Source: Octopus sinensis
Taxonomy: Eukaryota
Direction of reading: 5' to 3'
Assembly: GCF_006345805.1 (NCBI RefSeq)
Contig: NC_043001.1
Location: 92,256,001 to 92,320,000, forward strand
Length of the DNA stretch: 64,000 bases
Shown here: positions 12,840 through 45,399 of the stretch, piece after piece
How positions within the stretch are numbered: the stretch's first letter is position 1
Layout of the letters: each line of letters starts with the position of its first letter
Translations under genes and position numbers: made by a program
The notes under the pieces: generated by a model
The model's input: the letters and a program-made list of their open reading frames with translations, nothing else
What the model was told of the DNA's origin: nothing
The model's database searches: none

Positions 12840-13230
12840 TACCTGACCCGTGGCAGTGTATTAAAAAGCTTGCATTCCAGCCATATGGTTCCGGGTTCAG
12901 TCTTTGTGAGTGGCACCTTGGGCAAGTGTCTTCTATTATGGCGTCAGGTCGACCAAAGCTTTGTGAGTGGATTTGTCAGACGGAAACTGAAAGACGCCCG
13001 CCGTATATACGTATGTATGTGTGTGTGTGTGTGTGTGTGCACCTGTGTTTGTCCCCCAGTAACGTCTGGTGTTGGTGTGTTTACATCTTTCGTAACTTAG
13101 CAATTCGGCAAAGATGACGGATAGAATATGTAGCAGGTTTAACTAAAAAAACAACTACTGGGATTGATCGATTTGACTAAAAATTGTTTAAGGTGGTGCC
13201 CCAACATGGCTGCAGTCTAATGATTATAAT
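12840..13230 (+). mobile_element. SINE family B (CORE-type) copy
   Basis: B-box, CORE-like motif, internal (TG)n, and conserved 3' part. Confidence 0.75.
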
Positions 13231-13686
13231 AGATAAATTATAAAAAAGCTAAAGTAACCAGGATGAAAGATGAAAGACGATATCATGATTTCATACATAA
13301 ATACAAAACCACGAAGTTACTAGCCCTCCGAATTATTATTATATGATATGTATGACTTTCTTAAATAGAGCAATTTCAATAACTTGGCTTTAAACCGATA
13401 TTTCAATAGAGCATCGCACGCAGTATACCGTGAGTTTATTGCTGTCAGAACGACACCTAAATCTGCTTCTCGAATTGTAAAGACATCAGATTCGTCGGTG
13501 AATTGAATTAGCTTTGCTTGATTATTGAATCTGCTATGGATTTACGTGTTAAGAATCATAATGCACGGTACTTGCTTTCCTTCTATAGAATAACAATTTA
13601 TTTAAATGTTTGCTTATTTATTTATGTGATTCTTTATTTACATATATTGATTCATTTAGCAGAATACTTATATCGCTATGTGTGTG

Positions 13687-13732
<46 letters not shown>

Positions 13733-14233
13733 ATATAAAAATATATATATATATATGTCTGTCTGTAAGCCTGTATGTATTTATATATATATATATATAT
13801 TATATATAATATATATACATATATATATTATATATATATATATGTGTGTGTGTGTTTGTGTGTATATAATATATTGTATATAACATGCGTGCACACACAT
13901 ATATGCATGTATGTATGTGTATGAATATATATAAATGTGTGCATGTTTGCATGTTTGAATGTATGAGAAAAAACCTTAAGTTCTATAAGGAGTTCAGGTG
14001 ACTCCCCCTTTTTTATGTAACTGCATGACTTATCTCAGATGTGGAAAACACATTGACTTCCTTACGCTCCCACAATCCTGCTCGACTCAACATTTCCCTT
14101 TTATTTATTTCTCACAGGCGATTGGTTTATTTTTAATTTGAGTTTCTTCTTTATTTGTGCAAGTGTGTTAGTTGTGTTTGTGTTTGTTATAATTCGAATT
14201 ACATGGCTGGTTTAAACCGTATCAATAAATGAC

Positions 14234-14265
<32 letters not shown>

Positions 14266-14269
14266 AGTG

Positions 14270-14312
<43 letters not shown>

Positions 14313-14362
14313 GTTGTGTGCGAGTGTGTTGTGAGTGTGTGAGTGTGTGTGGGTATTATATA

Positions 14363-14393
<31 letters not shown>

Positions 14394-14408
14394 ATATATA
14401 TTATAATA

Positions 14409-14670
14409 TATAAGTAAATAAATGGAGTTGAACGCAGATGCTATTCAAATTCTTTTACTTTCGACATATGTTTCGAAGACAACGTTGGTTTTATTCCAAA
14501 GGTTATAATGTCTTGTTGTTGAGATAGGTTCTCTTTCTTTCCTGACGAGAAGATTGCATTTTTTACACCGTTTATCCCTTTGGAATAAAACCAATGTTGT
14601 CTTCGAAACATATGTCGTAAGTAAAAGTATTTGAATAGCATCTGCGTTCAACTCCATTTATTTACTTATA
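14409..14670. mobile_element. Hairpin MITE with 94-bp terminal inverted repeats
   Basis: 14409-14502 and 14577-14670 are reverse complements with about 3 mismatches. TA lies at both ends. Confidence 0.8.
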
Positions 14671-14794
14671 CTATACAAATTACTGCACATTAACCCGGAG
14701 TTTCATCCATGTTACTTGCGTAAATTTTGCTGCCCTGGTAACTGTTTATTGAATTTTCCATATTAACGGTAAACAAAGGATAATTCATTCATCC

Positions 14795-14864
<70 letters not shown>

Positions 14865-15129
14865 ATTTAGTTTGAAGAAATTTAGATCAAATTAATTCAA
14901 AATCTGTTTATCCAAGTTATCAGGAAGGTTATGTCATGTTATTAAGGACATAACGTTACTGGTTCGAATAACACGAAATAGAGAGAAAACATAGATACAA
15001 AAAAAAAAGAAAAAACTTCTCGATATTTGGATAATTAAGCATATAAAGAAACAGCAATTCTCACAATTATTTTTAAAGTTCACAAAAAGTGAAAGAAGCC
15101 CGTCGTATATATGTATATATATATATATA

Positions 15130-15247
<118 letters not shown>

Positions 15248-16015
15248 TTGTGTGTGCGTGCGTCCTTAAATGCGCAGAAGTCCTTAAATGGGTTTCGCTG
15301 CTGCCAGTATAACAACTAGATTGTTTAACTCGAGCAATTTTAAGGTTTTGTTCTAAACATCCTTTACAAGATACTGCTCTGATATTGTGTTGTCTCGCGA
15401 GGCCATTAAGATTTGCATGTCCATGATAGTACCATCAAAGTACATATCGTTAAAAGTTATATGTTATATACCGATAGTCCTTAAGATCCTTCGTTCCAAA
15501 TAAATGCGGTATCAGGTTGTGTGCAAGTATTTAACGAACAATTTGGATTGCGCTTTCACCTCGTCCTCTTTTTAAATGATTACACTATAAAGTGCCATAT
15601 GCCCTCCCTCTACCATTGATGATTTCACTTAAAACACTTGCCAGTCTTCCCTGGATGAAACAAGAGATTGCTACATAGTCTTGGTGAAGCACGGTTGGAT
15701 CGGATTATGATTTTTAGAGGGATGCGTCTTCCTCAGTTCCAGATTCATATTCTACCCAGGTCAAATATACTTTTTATTATTTTTTTTTTATATAGTAGCC
15801 AACTCTCACGTGCCTATATCATACACAATTATAGGCTGGCGCCTTCTATGTGAACAAAAGTGATGCTAAACTAAAATTTCAGCAAAATTTCCATATTGAA
15901 GATTTAACTTGTTTTGTTTGAAAGCCATTTGTAAAGGATAAGATTTAATTCCCCCATTTTTACGTCTGAATTAATGTGTATATACGCATTGTCGTTGTTG
16001 CTATTGATATTTCTA

Positions 16016-16735
16016 CTCGGCAGAAACGTTAGCACGCCGGGCGAAATGCGTTGCCGTATTTCATCTGCCGTTACGTTCTGAGTTCAAATTCCGCCGAGGT
16101 CGACTTTGCCTTTCATCCTTCCGGGGTCGATAAATTAAGTACCAGTTACGCACTGGGGTCGATGTAATCAACTTAATCCGTTTGTCTGTCCTTGTTTGTC
16201 TCCTCTGTGTTTAGCCCCTTGGGGGTAGTAAAGAAATATACATATTTAATTTCGATGTTAAAATGTTAGCAACTTGATTTTGTTCCTAGTCACAACGAAT
16301 GTTTTCGATTGTTTTCCGTATATGAAATGCGTTATTTTATATATTTTCAATTTTCTTCCTGTGGATGTGCCATAAAATATATCGTAGCTATTTTAGTACA
16401 TGAATGACGTAAAGAGAAAAATCATAGAAAATTAACTTAGTTCAAAAACAGAAACCTAATTTATATTTCCATTTGTTAACCTCTGTAGGGGGAAAACAAA
16501 CAACCTGAGTACTGATAATTTTGATAAAAACTTTATTTTGTCTACCAAACCACCTATTTCTTTACTACCCTCAAGGGGCTAAACACAGAGAGGACAAACA
16601 AGGACAGACAAACGGATTAAGTCGATTATATCGATCCCAGTGCGTAACTGGTACTTATTTAATCGATCCCGAAAGGATGAAAGGCAAAGTTGACCTCGGC
16701 GGAATTTGAACTGAGAACGTATCGGCAGACGAAAA
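16016..16735. mobile_element. Two SINE family A copies in inverted orientation (16016-16240 +, 16555-16735 -)
   Basis: Family A motifs on opposite strands. Confidence 0.85.
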
Positions 16736-17319
16736 TCTACCAAAACACCTACTTCGAAAAGCAAGTTATCGTTAACATTTACTTCGTTGGCAATTACTGA
16801 TGACGACGACGACGACGATGATGCATCAGGGTGAAAGAAAAAGAGAGGGAAATTGATAAATACGAGGATTATCTGAGAAAACTGGCCTTTAAAGAATATA
16901 GTTATCAAACAAATATTGGCTTCTGTCCCTTAAGGACCAAAAGTAAGGAGCAAAACCTGTACTGCAGCTAGTTCTCTTTCCAGCCTGCTAATGCATTGAA
17001 AGGTGGAACGTATTTCACAATGTCAATCAAATTACATTTCAAAATTTCGTTTTCTCCCTATAAGAAGAAAATTAACATAATAGATGAATGTGAGAGACAG
17101 TAACAATATTAGAATGAATATAAATAAATTTGTTTTTGTAGTTACATCTGATTATTTTACGTATGTGTTGTGTTGGGACCGGCTTTTGCCAAAGGATAGT
17201 CAAGTTTTCTCTGCTTGTCGTAAAAGGCGATTAAAAGGGGTTGATGTAGGGGTTTGTGCTCCAACGTCGAAAAAGCACTCTCACCAGCAACAACTACTCA
17301 AACAGACCCACGACACATG

Positions 17320-17347
17320 TCCTCCTCCTCCTCCTCCTCCTCCTCCT

Positions 17348-17438
<91 letters not shown>

Positions 17439-17440
17439 CT
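17320..17440. repeat. Compound (CCT)n(ACT)n microsatellite
   Basis: Direct inspection. Confidence 0.95.
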
Positions 17441-17883
17441 TTCACATCAAAATTTTACCAGAGATAGCTGTGAATTTTATCTCACCGGGGTTGTTACAGT
17501 CGTTTGTAACCTATGCCAGCTCAGACAGAGCAACTGGAAGGTAAAAGGTATTCTACTTGTGATCAACCCTAATTTGTTAAGGGTATTTATGGAGCTAAAA
17601 TTGTCCAATATCTTCATTTTTTTAAGGCATTAAGATGTAATTTGCAAGAAATTTGGTTAGTATTTTTGCCGTTCGACTAAAGAAGTAGGCACACTTTTGC
17701 TGGTGTTGAGAACATAGGTACCAGTAATGTGCAATAGTATATTTAATCAGCCAAGACCCTAGTATTTCCAAATTAATCTTAAAAGATATCACAAAAAGAA
17801 AACAGTGTCGAAAAAAGGTAAACTTAGACTGCGAATTATACACCCGTTTAAAGTTAATTCAAATCACGTACGTTACTAATACC

Positions 17884-18111
17884 TATTTCTTTATTACCCA
17901 CGAGGGGCTAAACACAGAGGGGACAAACAAGGACAGACAAACGGATTAAGTCGATTATATCGACCCAAGTACGTAACTGGTACTTAATTTATCGACCCCG
18001 AAAGGATGAAAGGCAAAGTCGACCTCGGCGGAATTTGAACTCAGAACGTAACGGCAGAACGTAACAGCATTTCGCCCGGCGTGCAAACGATTCTGCCAGC
18101 TCGCCGCTTTC
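17884..18111 (-). mobile_element. Full-length SINE family A with 15-bp TSD
   Basis: TACGTTACTAATACC at 17869-17883 and 18112-18126. Confidence 0.9.
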
Positions 18112-18334
18112 TACGTTACTAATACCATTTGGAGATGCTTCACTATAAGTGTTTCATTTGCTAAGAATTACAGAAACAGTACCTAGTCACAAAGACCAAA
18201 ATACCGAATATTGCGGTATTCGTCCTGAGAGAAACTTTCATACAGAGGCACAGTGCTAAGAGCACAAGATAGTGCTGAAAAATTATTGGCTTTAAAGGCA
18301 TCACGGAAAGACTTTCCGAGTTCATTTACAGGGC

Positions 18335-37517
<19,183 letters not shown>

Positions 37518-37723
37518 ATCCTGAATATAAACGAGCAAAAGAAGATTCAAATGTTTATGTCGTGTATTACAGGGAAAAATATGCATCATATTTAAAACAA
37601 TCTTAGATCAATTCAGTGTCACTAGTTCACATCCAGTTTTCCAGCTGTTATTTCAAAGTTAATTGTTTGCGGATATGCAGACAGTATGGTTTCAATTTTT
37701 TATTGAAGTCAAGCAGCAGAAAC

Positions 37724-37942
37724 TACGAGGGGTGCTGAAAAGCCTCTGGCTTTGGGTAACAGAAAATATAGGAGGATCAGTTAATTATGATTTTATTCAA
37801 CATATTCCCCTCTCAGTGTCACACACTTATCGCATCGGTACACCAGTTTTCTAAGACCTATAAAAGAACTCGGAAGATTGGGCCCCCAACCAGGCCTTTC
37901 GCGACACCCTTAAAGCCACGAACCTTTCAGTACCCCCTCGTA
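37724..37942. mobile_element. Mariner-derived MITE
   Basis: TIRs TACGAGGGGTGCTGAAA and TTTCAGTACCCCCTCGTA with TA ends. Confidence 0.8.
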
Positions 37943-38072
37943 CATACAAGTTTATTCTTCTGTTAATTTATCTTAAAAAAGGGCCTCGAAACTTGCTTTT
38001 AATATTAAAGAATGAATTTTAAAAATTCATTATTACGAACAAGATTAATTACGTATGTGTGTATGTGTGTGT

Positions 38073-38158
<86 letters not shown>

Positions 38159-38480
38159 CCTCCAGAAGGGAGCGTATTCGAAAAACTAGTGACAAGAAAC
38201 ATTCAAAGTACAATAAACTAATGAATTATGGAGACATAGGCCAAAAGTTTCATTATGGCTCCATCGAAGGAGACAATAAAGGTTTTGCAAGGTGTTTGCT
38301 CAATGAAGTCTTCTACCAATTGGGCTCAGTGAGGCGGCAAAGAAGCCCATACAATCCTTGGCAGAAGCTGAGCACAAAGCCATCACGTAAAATGAAAAAG
38401 ATAATCCGTGATATGTGACATAAAGTTACTTGAATTTCATTTCGTATTTATCTGATGACCGGGAATGAAATTCGAGCATT

Positions 38481-39395
38481 TATTGGGTTGGCAACTAGGT
38501 TCCCACCGTTTTTTTTAAATTTTGGAATTTATTGCGTTTTTTTAATTTTGGAATCTATTTTTTTCAAGAATTCTATTTTTGAATAAATTTGGAATTTATT
38601 TTGGGTTTTTTTTCTAGCTAATTTTAGTTAATTTTTGTTTATTTTCAGATCATTGAAATGGAATGTCAAGTTAAGGAAAAAGAGCATTTTCGACACCTCC
38701 TTCATTTTGCTTTTAATCAAGGTTCTAAGGCCGCAAAAGCTGCTCGAGACATTTGTGCTGTGTATGGAGAGGGTGCCATGGCTGAAAGAACCGCTAGTGA
38801 TTGGTATGCCAAGTGCAAAAGTTTTGACCTCAAACACGCACCTTATTCAGGCCGTCCAGTTGAGTTCGATGAAGTGCAATTAAACCAACTTTTGTACGAA
38901 AATTCTCATTAAACGACAAGGGAACTGGCAGAGAAAATGGAATGCTCCCACACAGCTATAGATAAGCATCTTCACTCGATGGGAAAGGTTCAGAAGTATG
39001 GAGCATGCGTTCCACATGCTTTAAGTGACAACAACCAAAATCAACGAGTCACAATCTCTGCTGCTTTGCTTGATCGTCACCGCTTAACTCATGGACACAA
39101 GCAACGATTTCTTTACCGAATCGTTATTGGCGACGAAAAATGGTGCCTGTACAGCAATATGAAGCAGCGTAAGGAATGACTTAGCCCCAGTAAACAGGCG
39201 ACACCGCGTGTGAAACAAGATCTTCATCCGCGTAAAACGATGTTGTGCGTAGGGTTAGACTGGGAAGGGATTATCCATTACGAATTGCTTGAATGGAACC
39301 AAACGGTCAACGCGGAACTCTATGTTCAACAGATGGAATGATTCAACACGGCTATTCAAGAGAAAAGGCCTAATCGGCAGCATGGAGTTCTTGAG
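38481..39395 (+). pseudogene. Mariner (Tc1/mariner) transposon, 3'-truncated, dead transposase
   Basis: TA + TTGGGTTGGCAACT left TIR. ATG at 38658 gives MECQVKEKEHFRH...SGRPVEFD...CVPHAL...IVIGDEKW...HPRKTMLCV. Stops at 38912 and 39179, and the sequence ends before HDNARPH. Confidence 0.92.
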
Positions 39396-41208
39396 TTATG
39401 CATGAGCATACAATTGTGCACATGGGCATACAATTGTGCACATGTGCACGTCTCTGTATGAATGTGGTTGCCACGCTCATACAGAAATCTCATTTCCCGG
39501 TCATCAGATAGATACGAAATGACAATCCCTCTATAGACCTGCCTAGTATTCCAGTGTGTTAAGAACTTGTACTGCAAATATATTATGACATCCAGTAAAA
39601 GTAAAGCTCTGAAAGTCAATTATTTAAAAACAATCTGGTATAATTTCCTTTCGTTGAATTCTAGCTCTCATCGAATGGAAAAGTATAGCTAGAGCAGCCA
39701 TTGCTATAAATGCTTTGAATTTGGGAAACTGGTTTTCTTTTCAAGTAGTTTGAGGATTGTTGTCCTAGTCTTGGTGAGAGTTTTTATGGCAGTGCCTAAG
39801 GCAACAAATACGGTTGCCAACAATGGCCAACAGTGGAGAATAGAAACAGTCCGTTATCAAATCATTCATCATAGGTTTTCTATGGTGTTTCCTTAAAATT
39901 TAGACAGTACAACTTTATTTCACAAAAGTTGTGCAACACTTTCCTACACCCTCTTTTTTCACTGAATTGTTAAACTCAGAACGGTCTTGGAGGAATCGAT
40001 TGTAACAATTTATGTTAAGCGAGTTATGCAAGCTATGGAACTATAGTTTCTACCAAGTCAGTTTTCTCATCTTTGGTTACAAAATATTACTGCGCAATAG
40101 CAAACCAATGTGATATGTCAATGTAGCCTTCCAATTTTTTTAATATACATACATGAAAAAAAAAAGAAAAAAAGGCGTAAGAGTGGCTGTGTGGTAAGTA
40201 GCTTGCTTACGAACCACATGGTCCTGGGTTCAGTCCCACTGCGTGGCACCTTGGGCAAGTGTCTTCTACTATAGCCTCGGGCCGACCAAAGCCTTGTGAG
40301 TGGATTTGGTAGACGGAAACTGAAAGAAGCTTGTCATATATATGTATATATACGTATGTGTGTGTATATGTTTGTGTGTCTGTGTTTGTTCCCCCCACCC
40401 AATATCGCTTGACAACCGATGCTGGTGTGTTTACGTCCCCGTAACTTAGCGTTTCGGAAAAATATACCGATAGAATAAGTACTAGGCTTACAAAGAATAA
40501 GTCCTGGGGTCGATTTGCTCGACAAAAGGCGGTGCTCCAGCATGACCACAGTCAAATGACTGAAACAAGTAAAAGAGAAAAAGAGTATACTAATGACTTT
40601 CTGTAGAATGTCAGCATACTCTACCAGTTTCCAAATAGGAAGTCTCTTCCTAATGATTTTTCCTTACGCATCTTTCCGTCACCTTTGGTGAATGTTTCAA
40701 TGTCAATGATATAAGTTTTACTGCTGACGTCGGTGCTATACAATTTTTGATTTTGATACCATTATGCATTGTTTGTTCCTTCTCGAGCCACGCCTGGCTC
40801 ATAGGACCGCTTTCCCGGTTTCCTTGGCGTATAAGTTCCCCACCTGGACGGGACGCCGGTCCGTCGCAGGTGAGCTGCAAGATGCAGGAGGAAAGAGTGA
40901 GAGAAAGTTGTGGCGAAAGTGTCAGCAGAAGATCGCAATTACTTTCTGCCGGAGCCGCATGGAGCTTAGGTGTTTCGCTCATAACCATTATGCATATTGA
41001 TTAAAATCTTTCCATTTTTTTCTCCAGATCTAAGGCTAAAATGTTATGAGATGTTCGAGAGAGAGGAGTTATTTTACCTAAATCAAAATGTTTTTATTCC
41101 TCCAGTGTACAGGAAGATGTTTGTATTTATGTATGCATTAATGTATACATAAATGCGTATATGATTATAAATGCATAAAAAACATACACGTATGCATGTA
41201 TGTTTCTA

Positions 41209-41510
41209 TTTCTTTACTACCCACAAGGGGCCAAACACAGAGGGGACAAACAAGGACAGACAGACGGATTAAGTCGATTACATCGACCCAAGTACGTAAC
41301 TGGTACTTAATTTATCGACCCCGAAAGGATGAAAGGCAAAGTCGACCTCGGCGGAATTTGAACTCAGAACGTAATGGCAGACGAAATATCCAAATGATGA
41401 AAGTCAACATCGACTTCGGTGGAATTTGAACTCAAAACATAAAGACAGACGAAATACCGCTAAAAATTTTCGCCCGGCGTGCTAACGTTTATGCCACCTC
41501 GCCGCCTCTA
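41209..41510 (-). mobile_element. SINE family A composite with CATGTATGTTTCT TSD-like flanks
   Basis: Family A motifs; flanking direct repeat near 41196 and 41517. Confidence 0.75.
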
Positions 41511-42759
41511 TATACATGTATGTTTCTTATGCATGTATGTAATAATTATGTACACAAGTTGGTTGAAAACATTCCCGCTCCAAAGACTTCTGACGGAATT
41601 CAGCAACGAATAATGCTTTCCAAAAACATATACAAAGATACACAAAACTACCCATGACTTTTATACCAGACTGTTGCAAGTATCACTTCAATAAAACCTA
41701 TTACGCCTTACAAATAAAGTGAAATGAAAAACGTGGAATTTAGCGTTTTGCGTAGAGAGACAAAGCGAAATGTTTACGGTAGATAAGATATAGAGATATA
41801 TTATTCCAATGTTCTGTTCGCCATGTTCTTTAAAATATTCTATTCAGTGTAGTCTTAGCATACATACAATTATAATCATCTCTACATTGAGGTGTACGCG
41901 AAAATGCTCTTATAGTTACATAAATACATGTATATAGTTAAATGCATATAGCTATACATTCGCGCTATATCTAATGCTTTCTTGATAGCAATTGTTCCTC
42001 TTCAAATGTTTAGTATATATCTTTATATTTTCTGCCGGAAAAATTTCGTAAACAAGCATTCACTTACCTAAATGTGCAAAAGCTTTGAATATCATTACAA
42101 GTTGTATTTGCGAAGCATCATAGAGGAGAGGGAACAGAGACGATAATAAATAAAACGTCTTTTTTCTCTTCAACTGAAGCGGCGTTATTTTATTATTTTA
42201 TTTCCGTTCCAAAATTTTCACGATAACGCAGCTGTAGATTGCTCTTTCAGTAACTGATGGAATATAAACGTGTGTGTGTGTGTGTATGTGCGTGTGTGTG
42301 TTTACGTATATAGATACAGACACACATAAATGTATCCAAACTTTAGCCGTCTCCCGCAAAGAAGTGCGACTTAATAGTTTGTAGGATACGGCCACTGATA
42401 GTTTTAGGTATCTACTAGACTACCCGTGACCCGTTGGGTTACCTGGAAAGTTTGAGTTTCCCAGCAACGGAGTGTTGTTTCGTGTTTCTTTTTTTTTTTT
42501 TACTTTTCCAGGTTATTTCGCATGCTTTCAACGAATGTGATATCGAAATCACACATAAACAGCTCATTTCCCCAGAAAAGGAAAGATTTGGCTGTTATTT
42601 CTTGCACGGCCTACTACCACGTAGAAAGGTATTTCGGGTCCTGTATCGCAAATAGCTCTTACGTGGTTGTAGGGAGTGCTAGAAATAGCAGCCAAATCTT
42701 TGGAGCTGAGACACGTTGGATGCAATCGAAGAAATCTTTTATAACGGTATTCCCGTGGT

Positions 42760-42941
42760 GCGATCTTTCGCTTTGACTCTTAGAACAGTCATCCGGATCA
42801 GCTGGTTTTGTTCGTTAATTTCCGTAATATATTTTTACTTATTTACTTTCGTTTTAAAGTGAAAGAGAGGAGAAGGTGGAAAATGTATGAACGTGTATAT
42901 GAAATGGATGTGTGTATGTGTGAGAGAGATAGAGAAAGAGG

Positions 42942-42975
<34 letters not shown>

Positions 42976-43135
42976 GGAAGAGAGAGTGAGAGTGCCACTT
43001 ACACATACATGAGAACACATACGTTCACTCACTCACTCACTCTCACATACAAAAACGATGTATGCATATGTATTGATGTATGCACGTATGCATGACAACG
43101 CACCCCTCCACTCATTCTCTCTCTTTTTCTCTCTC

Positions 43136-43177
<42 letters not shown>

Positions 43178-43322
43178 ACACACACGTCCATTTCATATAC
43201 ACGTACATACATCATTCACTTTCTCCTCTCTTTCACTTTAAAACAAAAGTAAATAAGTAAAAATATTTACGGAAATTAACGAATTTTATATGACAGTTCT
43301 GAGAGTCACAGCGAAAGATCGC
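42760..43322. repeat. Long foldback inverted repeat (about 190-bp arms, extended by (GA)n/(TC)n)
   Basis: gcgatctttcgc...gttaatttccgta...aaagtgaaagagaggag...tatatgaaatgg on the left is mirrored as the reverse complement at about 43130-43322. Confidence 0.85.
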
Positions 43323-43593
43323 TATTCACACGAAAGTAATTTTAAAAAACATTAAACTATTGCCTGTTTAAAGAAAGCTAAACTATAAATACTGTACAAA
43401 CAACTTACATTTTTGAAATCACATTCAGTTAAATATATTTCTAAATGATTAAAATATTGTGTACGTCAAAAAGTCGAGGTTTTTTTTTTTCTTAGAGACC
43501 GCGAAACTATTTGTGCGTATGTGTCACAGACAGCGGACGTGTATTTGTGTTGACTGACACACAATGACATTCATTATGTGTGTGTGTGTGTGT

Positions 43594-43650
<57 letters not shown>

Positions 43651-43959
43651 TGTGTGTGTATGTGTGTGTGAGTGTATGTGTGTTGACGTCACGGAAGCCG
43701 TTTTTATTTTTTCAAGAAATAACGAGCAAAAATTGTATTTAATCGTTTTCATTAAGAAATAGAGGTTCAAATATCACAAAAAATTTGTACTGCACTGCCG
43801 AAGGTAAGTATGAAAATAAATACGCAAAAACATTAAGATAAAATATACACACAAACATCTCTAGAGTTTTAGTATTATTAAGATGAAGTCGTAAGAAGAG
43901 ATAAAGGGGGAAAACTCTGTTTCGGTCCTCCCACCCTCGAGAGAGTCAAGATGAACTCA

Positions 43960-44870
43960 GTATTGAAATGCAAGGTGCCGTGGCACTACACACCAAACTA
44001 CTTAGAATTGCGACCTCTGGATGCCCAATAGATAGAGCTCTGCTGGGAGATGTCATCTCTCCAAAGGTCTTTACCGCATGTCTAGAAATGGTCATCGGGG
44101 ATATCAACTAGAGAGGTGGTATGAACATCAACGCCGAGCAACTAACACAACTTCGATTCTCATCTGACTTTGTTCTCATTGCTGAAAACACAGACCAGCT
44201 CTAGACCATACTGACAGAGCTGAACACTTAGAGCTTTGCAGTAAGTCTTAGAATGAACCACATGAAAATGAAATATAAGCGATCGGAAGATGTCACAAGA
44301 CCGAACAGAAGTGGGAAGCGATGAAATCGAGGAGATAAATCAATACATTTACTTCGGGCACACAGTGAATATGCACCGAAATATGGATACTGAAATCCCA
44401 AAGAGAATAAGGGCAGAACAGAAGGCATTAATTCAATAAAGGATGCGTTTCAAAGGTAGACAATGTCATATGTGACTCTTCAAAAGCACTGTCCTCCTTG
44501 CGTTCTTTTGTGAAAGTGAAATACAGGCTACTACGAAGAGGATAGAACATCGATTGACTACGACGCAAATGGCCATGGAAAGATCCATGCTAGAAATATT
44601 AAAAGAGCTCACTCGAAGGAGATAATTCCAGAACGGAACGGAATGAACGACTTGATCGCAGGGTACCGAAAGCACAAGTTCTTCAGAGCCGGACATGTTG
44701 CAAGATTCACAGACAACAGGTGGACCCGTGCAATTGCTGAGTGGTATCCAAGTGATCGGAAAAGGCTACTTGGAAGGGCTTCACAACGATGAGAAGACAA
44801 TTTGGTCAAGCAATTTGGCTTAAGCTGGAAAAGAATGGCGCAGTCAAGGCAAAATTGGAAGCTCACTGTG
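43960..44870 (+). pseudogene. Second RTE-clade LINE fragment (RT C-terminal half)
   Basis: GDVISPKVFTACLE and RWTRAIAEWYP motifs, with stops and frameshifts. Confidence 0.8.
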
Positions 44871-45013
44871 ACCTGCAGTGTATAATAGCTTCTTATGGCC
44901 TGGTCGATACTGTGATACTGAGATATATACATACACACACTCACATATATATATATATATATACACACACACATACATACATACATACATACATACATAC
45001 ATACATACATACA

Positions 45014-45046
<33 letters not shown>

Positions 45047-45399
45047 TTTACATACATATGTACTTCAGATATAAGGTTTCCTCTACTTATCAACGAATCT
45101 CTTTGCTGAGCTCCTCCAGTAAAGTATACGCTAGGTGTCCGGGAAAGAAATATAGTGAAAATATCAAGCCCAAGTTAGCTAAGGAACCTTGTGGCTTCTG
45201 TCCTGAACACAGAACAACCAACCGAGAGCAATATCTTTGTAATAAGTTGAGAACAAAATGTAGGTAGAGAAACTTGGGCTGACAAATGGTGGAACTTATT
45301 TTAACTTTTGACGAACTAAAATATATCAAATAGCCCCGTGACAACAATTCCAAACACACAAGGAAGTAACTTCAGAGACTGGCCCCATTGATTCTGATG

